Assembly (NCBI GenBank): GCA_047495785.1
Contig: JBLDXI010000028.1
Location: forward strand, 1,116,001 to 1,180,000
Direction of reading: 5' to 3'
DNA from: Lepidodermella squamata
Lineage: Eukaryota; Animalia; Gastrotricha
Length of the DNA: 64,000 nt
Shown here: positions 34,880 to 47,005 of the stretch, piece after piece
How positions within the stretch are numbered: the first letter of the stretch is position 1
How the letters are laid out: the number at the start of each line of letters is the position of its first letter
Program-made: the position numbers and the translations under genes
The notes under the pieces: model-generated
Databases searched by the model: none
The model's input: the letters and a program-made list of their open reading frames with translations, nothing else
What the model was told of the DNA's origin: nothing

Positions 34880-35645
34880 TTACGAACGATCAACCCAGGT
34901 ATTTTGGTGCATAGGCAGGCTACCACAGCCGGAAACAACGACGTCGTAAATTGGCCTATCATTCTGGTCGGTTTGAGTACTTTCGATTTGCCGAACGACG
35001 TCGTAGCCATCAAGAACCTTGCCGAATACAACATGTTTGCCATCAAGCCAGCTTGTCATCGCAGTAGTAATGAAAAATTGAGCTCCATTCTATTTGAAAT
35101 AGGAAAAGCGCGTTAGAAAAAATTTGCAAAAATTTAGTGAAAGCTAATGATAGCAAGTAACTGATTAGGAGAACTTACGGTGTTGGGACCAGAGTTGGCC
35201 ATTGAGAGGTAAAACGGACCGTAGTGTTGCAAGTTGAAGTTTTCATCAGGAAATTGGCGGCCGTAAATGCTGCGACCACCAGTGCCGTCGAAATTCGTAA
35301 AATCACCGCCTTGAATCATGAAGTTTTTGATAACGCGATGGAATTTCGAGCCAACGTAGGACAGTTGTCCCATGCGATCGCGCTAAAAAATGAAAACGTG
35401 AAACTTTGTTGAAAATAATTTCAAAAAAGCAAATTTTTTACCATTGTTCCTTCGCAAATCGTTTTGAAATTTTCAGCAGTTCTGGGAACAATTGTACCGA
35501 ATAGGCCGATAACGATGCGACCGGCTGGTTGACCGCCGATTGAGATGTCCATGTATACTTTGTTGGTAACCTCGATTTTACCATTATTGGCAAGAGCTGG
35601 GACGATGCATAGCAGCATCGACAGTGAAAGGGTGGAGAAATGCAT
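34880..35645 (-). CDS. PPIB: Cyclophilin B-like PPIase, copy 2 (signal peptide); exons 35645-35442, 35382-35179, 35089-34880
   Basis: [66 protein letters not shown]. Confidence 0.9.
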
Positions 35646-36062
35646 TGCTTGGTGAACTATAACTTAAATGAACAACTTCCTTAAATTACTTTGACTCTTC
35701 GACGTCGATCTGGTCCTATTATATACTCGAATTATCTGCGTTTGTTTGTTCACTGGAGCACGCGCGTTGCACCACATGTTTCCCAGACGATGCCGCTCGA
35801 CATAACTTTGAACTGCGTTATCTGCGATTAGCAGACTGATAGCAAAGATAAGACAAGTTAACGTTTAACCCGCAATTTTTTTATTTGCTTTTCAAGACAA
35901 ATTTCTCACAGGTGATATGGCAGATTGCTAAAGTGCGATATCGACATGCACGTATTGTAGATCCCAGCAGGCCTAATAATTTACTTCATAGCCACGGAAT
36001 AGCTTGTAGATATATCACATATTGTTTATTGGTTACATCAATTGACGGGTTAAGTTGACTAC

Positions 36063-36748
36063 TTATTCCTTGGGAATAGCAAAGGGCTCCTCGACTGGCA
36101 GGCTGCCGGCATCAGCGATAACGACGTCCTGTTGAGGCTTGTCACGAGCATCGGTGGCGGTGTTTTCGATCATGGTGACGATGTCTTGGCCTTCAATAAC
36201 CTTGCCGAAAACAACGTGCTTGCCGTCGAGCCATGGGGTCTTGACAGTGGTGATGAAGAACTGCGAACCGTTCTATAAAAGCGAAAAACAGACGTCAAAA
36301 TCTCTTAAAAACTAAGACTTCTTCGACTCACAGTGTCCTTGCCAGCGTTAGCCATCGACAGCCAGTACGGGCCGACGTGCTTGAGCTTGAAGTTCTCATC
36401 GGCGAACTTGGCGCCATAGATCGACTTGCCACCGGTACCATCGCCGCGAGTGAAATCGCCGCCCTGGATCATGAAGTTCTTGATAACACGGTGGAACTTG
36501 GAGCCCTTGTAGGCGAGAAGGACACCCTCGTCGTCGGTGGTGGTGCCCTCAGCAAGGGTCTTGAAGTTCTTGACAGTCTTGGGGACGCTGCCGCCGAAGA
36601 GGCCGATGACGATGCGACCAGCTGGCTTGCCTCCGATGGTGATGTCGAAGAAAACCTTGTCGGTGACCTTCGGGCCCGCGGCTTCCTTGGCGTCGCTGTG
36701 GGCGGAGAACAGCGCCACCGTCAGAACAATAGCTGCAGCGAAGAGCAT
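36063..36748 (-). CDS. PPIB: Cyclophilin B, copy 1; exons 36748-36332, 36272-36063
   Basis: Signal peptide, [36 protein letters not shown]-terminal EEPFAIPKE; strongly C/G-ending codons. Confidence 0.95.
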
Positions 36749-36822
36749 TGCTCCAATCACGTATAACTTATAATTACGACGAATTTTATGACCCTACACA
36801 GTCGAGAGAAAACACAACAAGA

Positions 36823-37455
36823 TTAGTTTTTACTCTCAACTTTGGTATACTTCAGGATGTCTTCGGTTTCCAACTTGTCAGCACTTATCATTCGCCAGTA
36901 GAGCTCAACGTTTGAAGTGTTTTGTGAATCGATGAAAACCTTTTTGCCGCAAACTTCATGAGACGACAAAATACCGGGCACTAACATTTCTTTCACGTCT
37001 TTTGGCGTGAATTTGACGGTAGAACGGGGACCCAACAGCGAATAAGTCGACATAGTATATTTATGATGCCGATGATCGTACGACATCTCCAAAACGTACC
37101 GGCGCGATATCACGAAATGGATGATGAGAGGTGAAAGTAAAATGGGAGTCGTGCCCGCAAGGGTTACGGCGAGCAAAATAGGTTGCCAAGTATTACAAAA
37201 AGACTGGTAAAATGTGTAACCCTGAAGAGATGCCGCAAACGCACTCGTCGAGAGAGACAAAATTTTCAACATTCTGATTTTCTTGTTCAGTGAGCCCTCG
37301 TAAAACACCTCAACATCTGAATCCGCAGCTTTCCGAACATTGTCGCCGGTCGAAGACGCCGAAAGTAAACGCGCAATGCTACCCCGCGAAATCAAGTCAA
37401 CAATACCACCAGCGACATTGGTGTCAACTCGTCGCACAAGCAATTTAAAAAACAT
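36823..37455 (-). CDS. TMEM70: TMEM70-like mitochondrial ATP synthase assembly factor (single exon)
   Basis: Targeting-like N-terminus, YEGSL.KKIRMLKILSLSTS, two TM segments, ISRRYVLEM.YD; ATG 37455 just after CATTAG acceptor. Confidence 0.8.
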   Translation of the reverse strand: MFFKLLVRRVDTNVAGGIVDLISRGSIARLLSASSTGDNVRKAADSDVEVFYEGSLNKKIRMLKILSLSTSAFAASLQGYTFYQSFCNTWQPILLAVTLAGTTPILLSPLIIHFVISRRYVLEMSYDHRHHKYTMSTYSLLGPRSTVKFTPKDVKEMLVPGILSSHEVCGKKVFIDSQNTSNVELYWRMISADKLETEDILKYTKVESKN

Positions 37456-37829
37456 AACTAATGCGGAAGAAAAGTTGAGGAAAGAGTGAGGAGTATTTAG
37501 TATTTTACTCGGAAAAAAAGACCAGCTAAAGTGTACTATGTATAAAAACGTCCAGTTAATTTCATCACCGGCAACGAGAGCTTGGCTAAAGCTAAATGAT
37601 ATAAGTGAGTTTTTTGACGTGGCGCATAACGTTTGGCTGTTGCCGCCTATAAAACCGCAAGTCACACAGAAATGTTCACGTTGCCACACAAGCCTAAAAG
37701 AGCCTATCACGTGGCATAATTTTGAAACTTCTATTAAATAAATTCATTATAATATTACAACTTCTGTTCTATGTTTTTATAATTAAACTTGAAAAGAGAG
37801 CGCGCTCAATTTTCAAATTTTTGGTACCC

Positions 37830-38107
37830 CAGACATAAGCAGACATAGTGCTGCTAGCAAGTGGAATGACTTACCGCCATCGATAAGATCTTCCGAAAAC
37901 CCGAAGATCCTCAGAGACGAACTCCTGAAAGTACTGCTGAAAGCAGAATACGTGGATAATTTGACAATTTCGTCTACACAAAGAAGAGGTAACTCGCCAC
38001 CTTACCTCGACGCGCCCACCTGCGTCCGTTGGATGGAAGACCGCCTTAGTGCGAATCCAACGCTATTATACATACATACATACATACATACATACATACA
38101 TACATAC
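37830..38107 (+). mobile_element. 3' fragment of an L2/CR1-type LINE with (CATA)n tail
   Basis: RHSAASKWNDLPPSIRSS = LINE RT C-terminal WN.LP..IR motif; (TACA)n at ~38070-38107. Confidence 0.7.
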
Positions 38108-38741
38108 CCCCTGGTTTCTCGGGTCATGTTTCTTTGCTTGGACGTTTAGGTCCTGTCTCCTGTCAGACTAGAGATTTGCTTGTTTGGGGATTTGCCGCAG
38201 ATTATTGATCAGGACTTCTGTAAGGAACATTTAAGTGCTCTACTACTATAAAAAAGGTGCTTCCATCGCACCCATGACCCCTGATTTGGTTGGAAGTGAT
38301 TTGTTCAGCAAGTGTTGTGGTGTATTGGATTTATTCAAGTGATCACCATTGGCGAGATGAATTAATTTGTTTCCGGCTTGACGTGCAAACATTGAGGGAT
38401 ATTTGCATTTTGCTTTAGAGGGCACATTTATTGGCTAATTTTAAGTATGTTGGCGAGTACATCTCAGCTGTGCTTTCCTAACCCGACGCCACGCTCAATC
38501 CCGGATCAGTTAACCTTTGTATGAGGAACGTTCGACACGGTGTTCGAGCGAAGTTGAATTGTAAATATGCCAGATATTTAAGGCCTATTGCTGCTACTGG
38601 TAATCGTGAAAATATTTCAAGTTAATCCGAGACATTCCCTCGGACAAAATCATACCACAGCTACCATAACATACCATAACTACAGAAATCAGCTTGTGTT
38701 CAAAGAATTTAATCTCTATGACTCTCCCTAATAGATTTTAA

Positions 38742-40066
38742 ATGAATTGTGCCGACTCAACCTTCAATCAAGGAGTTGCTCTAATATCCGAGTATGTAAA
38801 TTCTCTCAAAGGTAAGTCATTATCCTGCCAATTTATTCTCGCAAAATACTACATGTTTCTCATCTATATGTGTAGAAGAGATATCGTCTCTGAAACAAGC
38901 TGCTTCTCGCCAAGCCATAACGATTACTCGGTTGGAACAAGAAAACGCTGCCCTTGATAGTAAAAACCGCGAAGTTGCGAGTCGACATGAATCGTTACAA
39001 CAGGAAATTATTCGCCTGAAAGCACAAATCGAGGCCAATGCTAAGCCGTTTGTGTTTAAATCGCCTCCGGTTTGGCTGACTGAGAAGTTTTTAGTCCCAT
39101 CAAATAATATGCATGTAATAATAGATTCCAGCCAAATCCCCTCATTTATCGTCAACTCCGAATAACATTTACAACAAGAAACCCACAGGAAAATTGGTTC
39201 AATCTCGCTTGGATAGTTTTAAAGCTCAACCTGCGCCTGTTAGTTTGTTGAACCGATCAAAAGGTAAGACTTTTTGACCTTTTCGAATGTTTGAGAATTT
39301 ACTGTCAGTTTCAGGGCCATCCACTCCGAGCACTGGCAGGGAGGCTGTAAAAGTAGAAGCCTCAAAGCCATCACCTATTTCAGCTGCCGATGATTCCCTA
39401 GCTACTACAGTTGATCTAGGTGATTCGATTGTCGAAGATAAACCCGTGGCGATGGAAGCTGACGAGTCTCTCGCGTCAACTGTGGGAGACGAGGAGGAAG
39501 AAGATCTTGCAGATACCCAGCAGCTGACCCAGAACATTGAAAACGAAGAAGTCGACGATTTAGCAGCGACAGTCAATCCTGACGCCAGTATTGTTGATAC
39601 TTCAGGAATCCCCTTGAGTCAAGCTATTATCATGTTGGAAGATGATGAAAATATGGATGATGTTGAGGAGGGAAATCATCACCATGTTCACGAACATTTA
39701 CCGCCCCCTTGTCATAGTCACGTTGACAAAATCACCCGCGCTAAAAATGAAAAACCTGATGATAGCTATGACATGTTACCTGGCTGGCGGGAGAAAGATA
39801 ATAAGCAGCCGTGTGTTGAGGTTGTTCGCAAAAAAGCTGAGCGGAAAAATTATCACGCGATTGATTGCGCGGAATGCCGAGCTTACTACGAAGCTGTTGG
39901 TCGCGAGCATAAGGAGGTTTCATCTCGCCATCGTGCTAATCAATATGTGCCCGAGACACCTGAAGGATTCTGGGACTTGTCCTTCAAAGACAAGCCGGCC
40001 GATAAGGCCACGCCCTCAAAAACTGCTGCTGAAGTGAAAAATGGTATAGCTCGATTTTTTCAGTAA
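38742..40066 (+). CDS. RBBP8: CtIP/Sae2/COM-1 DNA end-resection factor (compact, multi-exon; internal boundaries approximate)
   Basis: N-terminal coiled coil; C-terminal VRKKAER..DCAEC..YY..SRHR..PETPEGFW Sae2 signature. Confidence 0.85.
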
Positions 40067-40433
40067 TTAATTCGTCAACTTGATATTTTCCAGGCGGGGT
40101 TCAAAAATTAGCTGTAAATCGCCGAAGACAGCCGTTGAAAATTCCTGAGAATTACCAGAAGCCGAAAATGCGCGAGGCAATTCGGTTGTCTCAAAGCCCG
40201 GCGATCTGAGAGTGATAAACAAAAATTGGTTGTTATTTCTGATCTTTCTTATACTGTTTTTCAATGAAAAACTAATATTCTTGTCACACCTTTTATTACT
40301 AAAACTGCAACACTGCAGGATAAGAACTAATCGATTATTACAGCTCTTGTTACCGTTTTAAACGACGATTGATGGAAAGCGTGATCGAGCATCATTTCAG
40401 AATAAAAAATGAATAAAATTGATTTCTTTTCCA

Positions 40434-40886
40434 TCAAGATTTGCTGATTCTTCTAGGTGGTGGTACTACAGTCGCCGCACGCTGAACCGGGGTATTCTGG
40501 GTGTTACGGCTTTTCGAGCTGTAAAATCATGAGAAAATTAAGAAATTCCAATTTCAATTCAACACTCACAGATCAGTATTAGAATGTGAAATTTTCTGAG
40601 CGGCAGGGTGAGCCAATTTGTTCATGTGAGCAGCACTAGTCCATGCCGGGTTCGACCCGCGTTTGCTACCGGCAAAGAATCTCACGCGTCCATTTGGTCC
40701 AGCAGTTTCGTTGACGCTTTGACGCAAATTTTCGACCGGGAACGAAATTGTTAGCGCTGTAACGCGTTCGCCGTTCAATTTTCGCATCAGCATCTTTTCG
40801 GCTTGAATTTTTGCCAGTCGACTACTCGCCGGCCCGGGCGATGAAGCGACCGAATTAGCCGGAGAAATAGCTGGTTTGATCAACAT
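40434..40886 (-). CDS. Small orphan protein (~133 aa); exons 40886-40570, 40519-40434
   Basis: ATG 2 nt after TTAG acceptor, GTGAGT donor and TACAG acceptor keep frame; no recognisable domain. Confidence 0.5.
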
Positions 40887-41319
40887 ATCTAAGCCAGCTT
40901 AATTATGGGAGAAAAGTTGAATAGTGGAAATAATAATGTTGAAAAAATCAGAATACATTCTAGCGGAACCAACATTTTGAAAAGGTATTTTTGCGCTAAT
41001 TATTTAAAATTTGGTTTAAATAAAAATGCGACCCAAGAAACTTTTCTGCGTAAAAAGGCTCGGAGTGTTCAAGAGGTCGATTGATATAATAAAAAATTGG
41101 GTTTAAAAGCAAAAAACAAATTTGCTCGCAACTGGTTTATTTTTTGTATGAAAACAGCTCATTGAGATAAATTACTGGGCAGAAAACTGAAGAGGCCTTT
41201 CAGGTAAAACTCGAAGTTCAAAAGAGATTCGCCGTAATAAAGCACGAAACACTTGAAGCCCTTTCAATAGGACGAAAAAATGACGTGTGAAGTGCTGTCT
41301 TTTTTCCGCCCGCATTCCG

Positions 41320-43540
41320 TCACGCTTGGCTGGTTACGCTGCCACCCAAGTTCGCCTCAGGTGTGAACCAGTCAATGCCTCGCTGTAGATCAGACTGCGA
41401 TAAGGCCCCTGCACTATATCGGTTTTCGCTTTCGTTACTATTGTCATTGGCCTGAGGCGGTATTTCGATGGCAACAGACGGCGCCCTATCGATTGCCACG
41501 CTTGGTCTACCGTTATATCGGAAAATTGATCGTCGAAAGTAGTCACCGTCGAGCCGGTACCACAACCGGACTGCGAAGTAAACGCCGAATTCGATGAGCT
41601 CGGCGAACGAGATGAAAGACAGGCCCATTACTATGCCCAGATTGCCTCCGATATCGGCTATCAATCCATCCGGGGTTTGATCGGCAACTCGTCTCACGAA
41701 CATTTCACTGGTTTCAGGGAAGAATATATCGACAATTACCAGCGATTTCGATTCGTGCGGCTCGGCATTATTGCTAGGCGAAAAATTCGTTATAGGAGCT
41801 GAGGTTAAATAGGTGTTGTATTTAACCTAGAAATAAAGACATAATCATCAATGAAAAAATTTTGCTTGAATTTTCACCTCGTGGCAACCTATAGGACAAG
41901 CTGGGCATATGTTGGAAATATTTGATTCGAAATTCGAGAGCGCTGGCAGGACGCAATCCCTTAGAATTATCAGCGAACAGCTGATTTTTTTCGGTTCAGC
42001 AGTGGCGTTCATTTGCCCAGTTGGTTCGTATTCGGTGACGAAAAATGGAACGCAACCACATGAGGTATCGATATGGGCCAACATGCACTGGTGAAGACAA
42101 GCCGCTCGAGAGTAGCGTTTCACAATCCTAGAATACTGCTGCAAATTTGCCGGAAATTGAGAGGTACAATTCCCATAGGGTGGCTCCATCTCGAAAGTCT
42201 AAATTCAAGAAATTGAACAATAAAAAAATCGGGAAAATATTAGTTGAAGCTAACAGAAACTTTGTCGACTCCAACGTAAGAATGGTAGCCAGGTTCGACA
42301 GAAAGACCGCGACTGTCGACTAAAGGCGGCTCGTTCTGAGAATGAACGGCTAACTTTAGCCCGAGTTCGTTGTAGGTCAAAGCGTTTGTTGATATCATGC
42401 TGAAAGTGTCGTCCTGTGGAATAGAAATAAAAACTGAATTTTCGTCTCTCGATTTGGAGAAAAATATGAGAAAATCTAAGCATTTTTGGCGAGCAAACAA
42501 AAAAGTATGCGCAAGCCCCCAGGTTCCAGCAATAAACCTGAGGTTCCCTAACTTAATTTCCCTAAAATTAAAGTTGCAGAGTTTCCATTTCCCCTGTAAA
42601 TATAATTGTTTTGTTATCGTGCCTAACCGATGGATCTCCCTATTGGAAAAGTTGAAAATTCCGGAACCTTAATTTAGCGGTGCAAGTGATAAGTCCGCAA
42701 TTGAAAAATTACATTGTTTCGAGAGAGAAAGCTATTTTTTCTGGAAATTTTTTGAGCATTCGAAGCCCCCGAAAATTACCAAGCAAAATGCGAAGACAAA
42801 ATAAAAATTATTCGAACCACTTCTACGTCGACGATAAAATGGAGCCCATTTCCAGAACCAGCTAGCTCTTGCCGAAAATCGCTGGCTGGAACAGCAGGCG
42901 GGGCGAAGGTGTAGCAATTTCCCAACGCCGTGACTGAATGAATAAAATTGTTAGCCGAGCAAGGCTTCCGCTTAAACCGACACTCCAGTAACGTCCGATC
43001 ATCCAATCGCCAACCAAAGTCCTCAATCAACTTCTGCGGATTTTCGTCCCGATTCGCCAAAATGTCCCTTTCAGAGCAAGCTCCAATGTTCAAATATTCG
43101 TCGTTTAGCAGCATCGGTGCTAAATTTATGCGCGGAGCTTTTGCGGCGATCAAATTTCCCATCGATTTCAAAGAATGGGCGCATTTTAAGAGTTCCAACG
43201 CGCTTGGGTCTAAGGTTAGCTTTCGTTTTGACATCGAATTGGCGTTGCATAACGTAACAGCTGGGAAACTGACCGTGCCAAACTCGCGGCCTGATATAAA
43301 ATGTGTCCGATATTCGAAGTATTCGTTAACGCGCCAGGCGAGTAGAAAAATCGTAGCCGCTGCGCCCAGGGTGACACAAATGACCCAGATAATTCGCGCG
43401 ATGCGCACGTCTGTCGTCCAAACGCGAGAGCAGCCTTGAATTGTGGATAGCATCATAAAATGAGCGCACAAGTTTTCTTCTTCGGCTATGTCTTCGTCGT
43501 AAACGCGGTAGCGCGTTAAACTCCGCCTTAAATGCGGCAT
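41320..43540 (-). CDS. DEG/ENaC (ASIC-like) ion channel; exons ~43540-42818, 42414-42261, 42199-41878, 41826-41320
   Basis: RIIW..TM1, FPAVTLCN, GNCYTF, GSGNGL, PPYGNC, YSRAAC..C..CGC, C..CP..C, LIADIGGNLGIVMGLSFIS..E. Confidence 0.93.
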
Positions 43541-44672
43541 TTTCGCGTTTTGACAGGTAAAAATACGATTTTTTCCCCTCTTTTAGGCAAGTACCGAAGT
43601 GAGAAATGCGCGCAAATATGCCATATTAGCGCGACTTTTTTCTTGGACGATCATTATACCCCGACTATTTGTTGACACAAGGCTGAGGCATGGTAATTTT
43701 TATTGCTTGCACGTGTCGATTTCCTCATTCATGAATATCAGGGTGGTGAGAGAAAATTAGAATAAACACCTGAAATTTGCTCTTATATATAGGTTGATTG
43801 ATGGCAATGAGGCGGTATTTCCTATTTCCCGAGGCCCATGAAAATTTTTTTAGCCCAATATTTCAAATTCAGAGTAATTCTTGCCCAGCAATCAAAAGAA
43901 ATATTTGAAGAAAATTATTCTCCCTGAGGTAAATTATCTTACAAGAAAACTGCGCAGTGTGCATATTACTCATGAAGCGCGATGCGCAATGTGAGGAGTA
44001 AATTAAGGGTGATTACGCACATTTTTTTTGCTGCATGGAAGAGATAGACTCAATCATTTTGCTACGATATTTTGGCGGACTTCATATCGCGGATCGCGGC
44101 CATGATTTCAACGGTTACCATTGCGGTTTGTTAGCTAACTGCACCTTGATCCGTTTCCGATTACAATAAATCCTGATAAAATAGGAACTGCACCTGGTTT
44201 GAAGCTAGCTGCAAGTTATAGACGGTAACCTGTTGAGAGCGCGCTTGAAATAAGCGTCAAAATGATAACAAATTAGGACCTCAACCGGAGCTGAAAATTG
44301 GCAAAATTCTTGTGCATATTTTGCTGAATTATCGCTTAAAAATGTGATGAAATAATGTTGCAATGAAAAAATAATTCTTTCCAAAATCCTAATACCCGGA
44401 AATTTGGAAAAAGCGATAATCGCCGAGCAGTGATGAGTAGAAGCATAAAGTTCAATTAATAGTTATTGTCGCCAAGAAAGCATGAACTGTCTAAGAGTCT
44501 TTTAGCCAAGTACTACGTAATTGTTCCTTGGCATTAGGTTAACGCGCCACCAACGCACTTATAAATGGAAGCTTGAAATAAGAAGGCGACAGCCCACGTT
44601 ATTCGTTTTACTAAGTAAAGCCTTTATCTCATTAAAACAGGACTGAGTTGTCATAAAATAAAATCTCTTACC

Positions 44673-46881
44673 ATGGCAAACGCAGAGAAGTTGAATCTAT
44701 TTGCCGCGGCCTTGTTGCTTTCGATAGCTTCAAGTTCAGCAAACCAGGTATAGAGAATGGAATCGATTGCTAACATTTTAGCATAGTTACAATTTACTTG
44801 ACAGATTTGCCAGCGTTCAAGCTCAGGCGCAGATTCATGCTTTTGCCAGGCTGGTTTTCGCCGATCTGCAAATCGAACCTGCATCGCGGATTCGAATTAT
44901 CCAGCCCAGTGTAAAATTGTCTCTGGAAGTGACTTCGTGAAAAATCTACGCGGCAACCCGTTGATTCCTTACGACCGCGGCTACATTTGCACTTGTGCGA
45001 AAACTGGAGAATTCGACAAGGTTTGGCATACCTTTTACCTTGGAGTTCCCTTTTATTCAGACCTAACCCTAACCCTGAACCTAACCCTAATCTTTTTTCC
45101 TTTCCTATCCTTTCCTTTCCTTTCCTTTCGTGTTACGATTTCTTCTCTATCACAATGCGATAATTGTTAAAGGCTGGCTACCAGTTCATACCAATGGAAG
45201 ACTCAGACGAGCCTATTGCTAGTGCAACTTCAGCTGACAAAAACTACACATGCCACTGCTTCATCGCTACAGCTAGAGGGTAAACGTCGTAATACTGAAA
45301 TCTTAATACATAAATGCTTAAAATCCAGCTTTTTGCGGACGAATGGGCCTGATGATGGACCAGTTCAAACCAGTAAATATAAAATATTCAGGAAAATTCC
45401 TGCGATAATTTGACGATTTTTCAGAGTACAACATAACTCGTCGTTTTGTTGAAGAGTTTCCTGAATGCGACCTAGCTCCCGACAACTCTAGTATAGTTTC
45501 CTCTCGATTCCATTGTTCTATAAATGAATTTTTCCACTTTTTCAATAGCAACTTTACCCTATCCCAAAGTTCCGGCAAGTTTGTTTAACGCTGTAGATGC
45601 TAAGCTTGGTAAGATTAGCCGATATGACCTTTCTCTCAATATTTTCATACACTTCGAACAAAAGCGGATCGTCAGAAACGAGCCTACTTCAGATGCACAG
45701 GTTCAACGGGTAAGATATTTACACTATATCCAGCTAAGTCCAAAAAGCAATTATGCCTATTTTCTAGGATTCAATAGAGTGAGCCACGGCTCTCTTTTCC
45801 TTTGCTCTGATACATCAAACATTTGCTACATTCCATAGCGATTCGAATACTTGGCGCAAAATGTTATTGCAGACGCTCTAACAAGACCGCTAGCAGGTTT
45901 GAATTTTCGAGAGACCAGCGAATTAGCCTAATAAGACGATATCATGCTTGACATTACATTAAACTCAGGAAGGGATCCCTAAGGCTAAGTAATTAAAAGA
46001 AGGACAGAGAATAAAAATTTTGGGGAAAGGAAAGGAAAGGAAAGGAAAGGAAAGGAAAGGTCCAGGAAGCAAGGCAAAAGGTGGTGAAAGAATAGAAAAG
46101 GACCTACAATTTGCCTTATCCATAGCTTGAGACGTTTAACCTCTTGTTTCAGATTCGAATGTCAATTCCGAAATCTTGGCTAGAATTACGTCAGCCAATG
46201 ACGCCGCAATGGACTTGTTTCGATCCCTTCAAACCCCGGAGTGCGCTTTTCAACGCTCCGAGTTGACCTTCAACGTCATGTTCACCGGAGCTCAAGTTTT
46301 CCTCGGCAATCTGTCTGCCATCGAGCAGGATGCGCTGAATGTTACCATGCGATGCGGCAACTGGAGTTTCCCGCCACAGGGGCTTAATGCTAGCAATTAC
46401 GATGCGGATAACAACTCGCCTTACGCCCCTTTTGTGGGCATCTGCTTCGATAAAGCCAGCAATGATGCCCTTTCTAGACTGGCGACTAATTCAGCGATTT
46501 ATCGAGTGAATTCCGCTATTATTTCAGTATATACAGAGCCGCTAATTCTCAACATGCCCGAAGGTAATAATTTCTCTGATTTCCAGCTAATGTCATTCTG
46601 AATTTAGGTCAATATATCACGCTGACGTTCCCACTCAATCAACCTCTTTCGAAAAATGACATACCGGCCTGTGTTTATCTGAAAAACAGCACGGCTTGGG
46701 AAGCTGCTGACTCTGGATGCGTCACCCATTACTTCAAACCCTCTGACGATTGGCCAAACGGTCACGTCAAATGTAAAATTTAATTTGCGCATAATTTTGT
46801 CTTTCTTTAAACTTTTTTTGATGCTCAGGTGTTTGCGATCACCCAGCTATTTATGCAGTGGCCTTCACAACGGCTAATTAA
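44673..46881 (+). CDS. Secreted protein: signal peptide, Cys-rich/EGF-like region, GAIN/GPS domain, no TM; exons 44673-44747, 44805-45020, 45173-45279, 45329-45372, 45425-45490, 45549-45608, 45665-45709, 45768-45778, 45839-45896, 46153-46563, 46608-46772, 46829-46881
   Basis: 12 exons join in frame through mostly 44-60-nt GT-AG introns; CFCQAGF..C; GPS-like ACVY..W...GC...KCVCDHPAIYAVAF then stop. Confidence 0.75.
45062..45128. repeat. Short (TAACCC)n telomere-like tract followed by (TTTCC)n
   Basis: cctaaccctaaccctgaacctaaccctaa; ttttcctttcc... Confidence 0.7.
46024..46060. repeat. (GGAAA)7 microsatellite
   Basis: Direct reading. Confidence 0.9.
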
Positions 46882-47005
46882 AATTTCAAGCCAGAGAAAG
46901 GATCAGTTCATGAGCAACTGCCATGAGCAATCTTTATGTTGAATCTTTTTCCTTCAGTTTTCCCACTAAAATTGAAAAAATAAAATATTTTTGAGATTGT
47001 TGGAG

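Noticed and set aside
36377-36773. Long antisense ORFs over PPIB (also over PREP and COPS2)
   Set aside because: Shadow ORFs caused by codon bias of the sense gene
37456-37710. N-terminal extension of the 295-aa TMEM70 ORF
   Set aside because: Non-ATG start; an acceptor lies directly before ATG 37455
38477-38484. CCTAACCC as a telomerase RNA template
   Set aside because: An 8-mer is expected by chance in 64 kb; no downstream pseudoknot or H/ACA domain seen
45850-45896. QNVIADALTRPL as an LTR-retrotransposon RNase H tail
   Set aside because: It fits in frame as exon 9 of the GAIN gene, with correct intron phases
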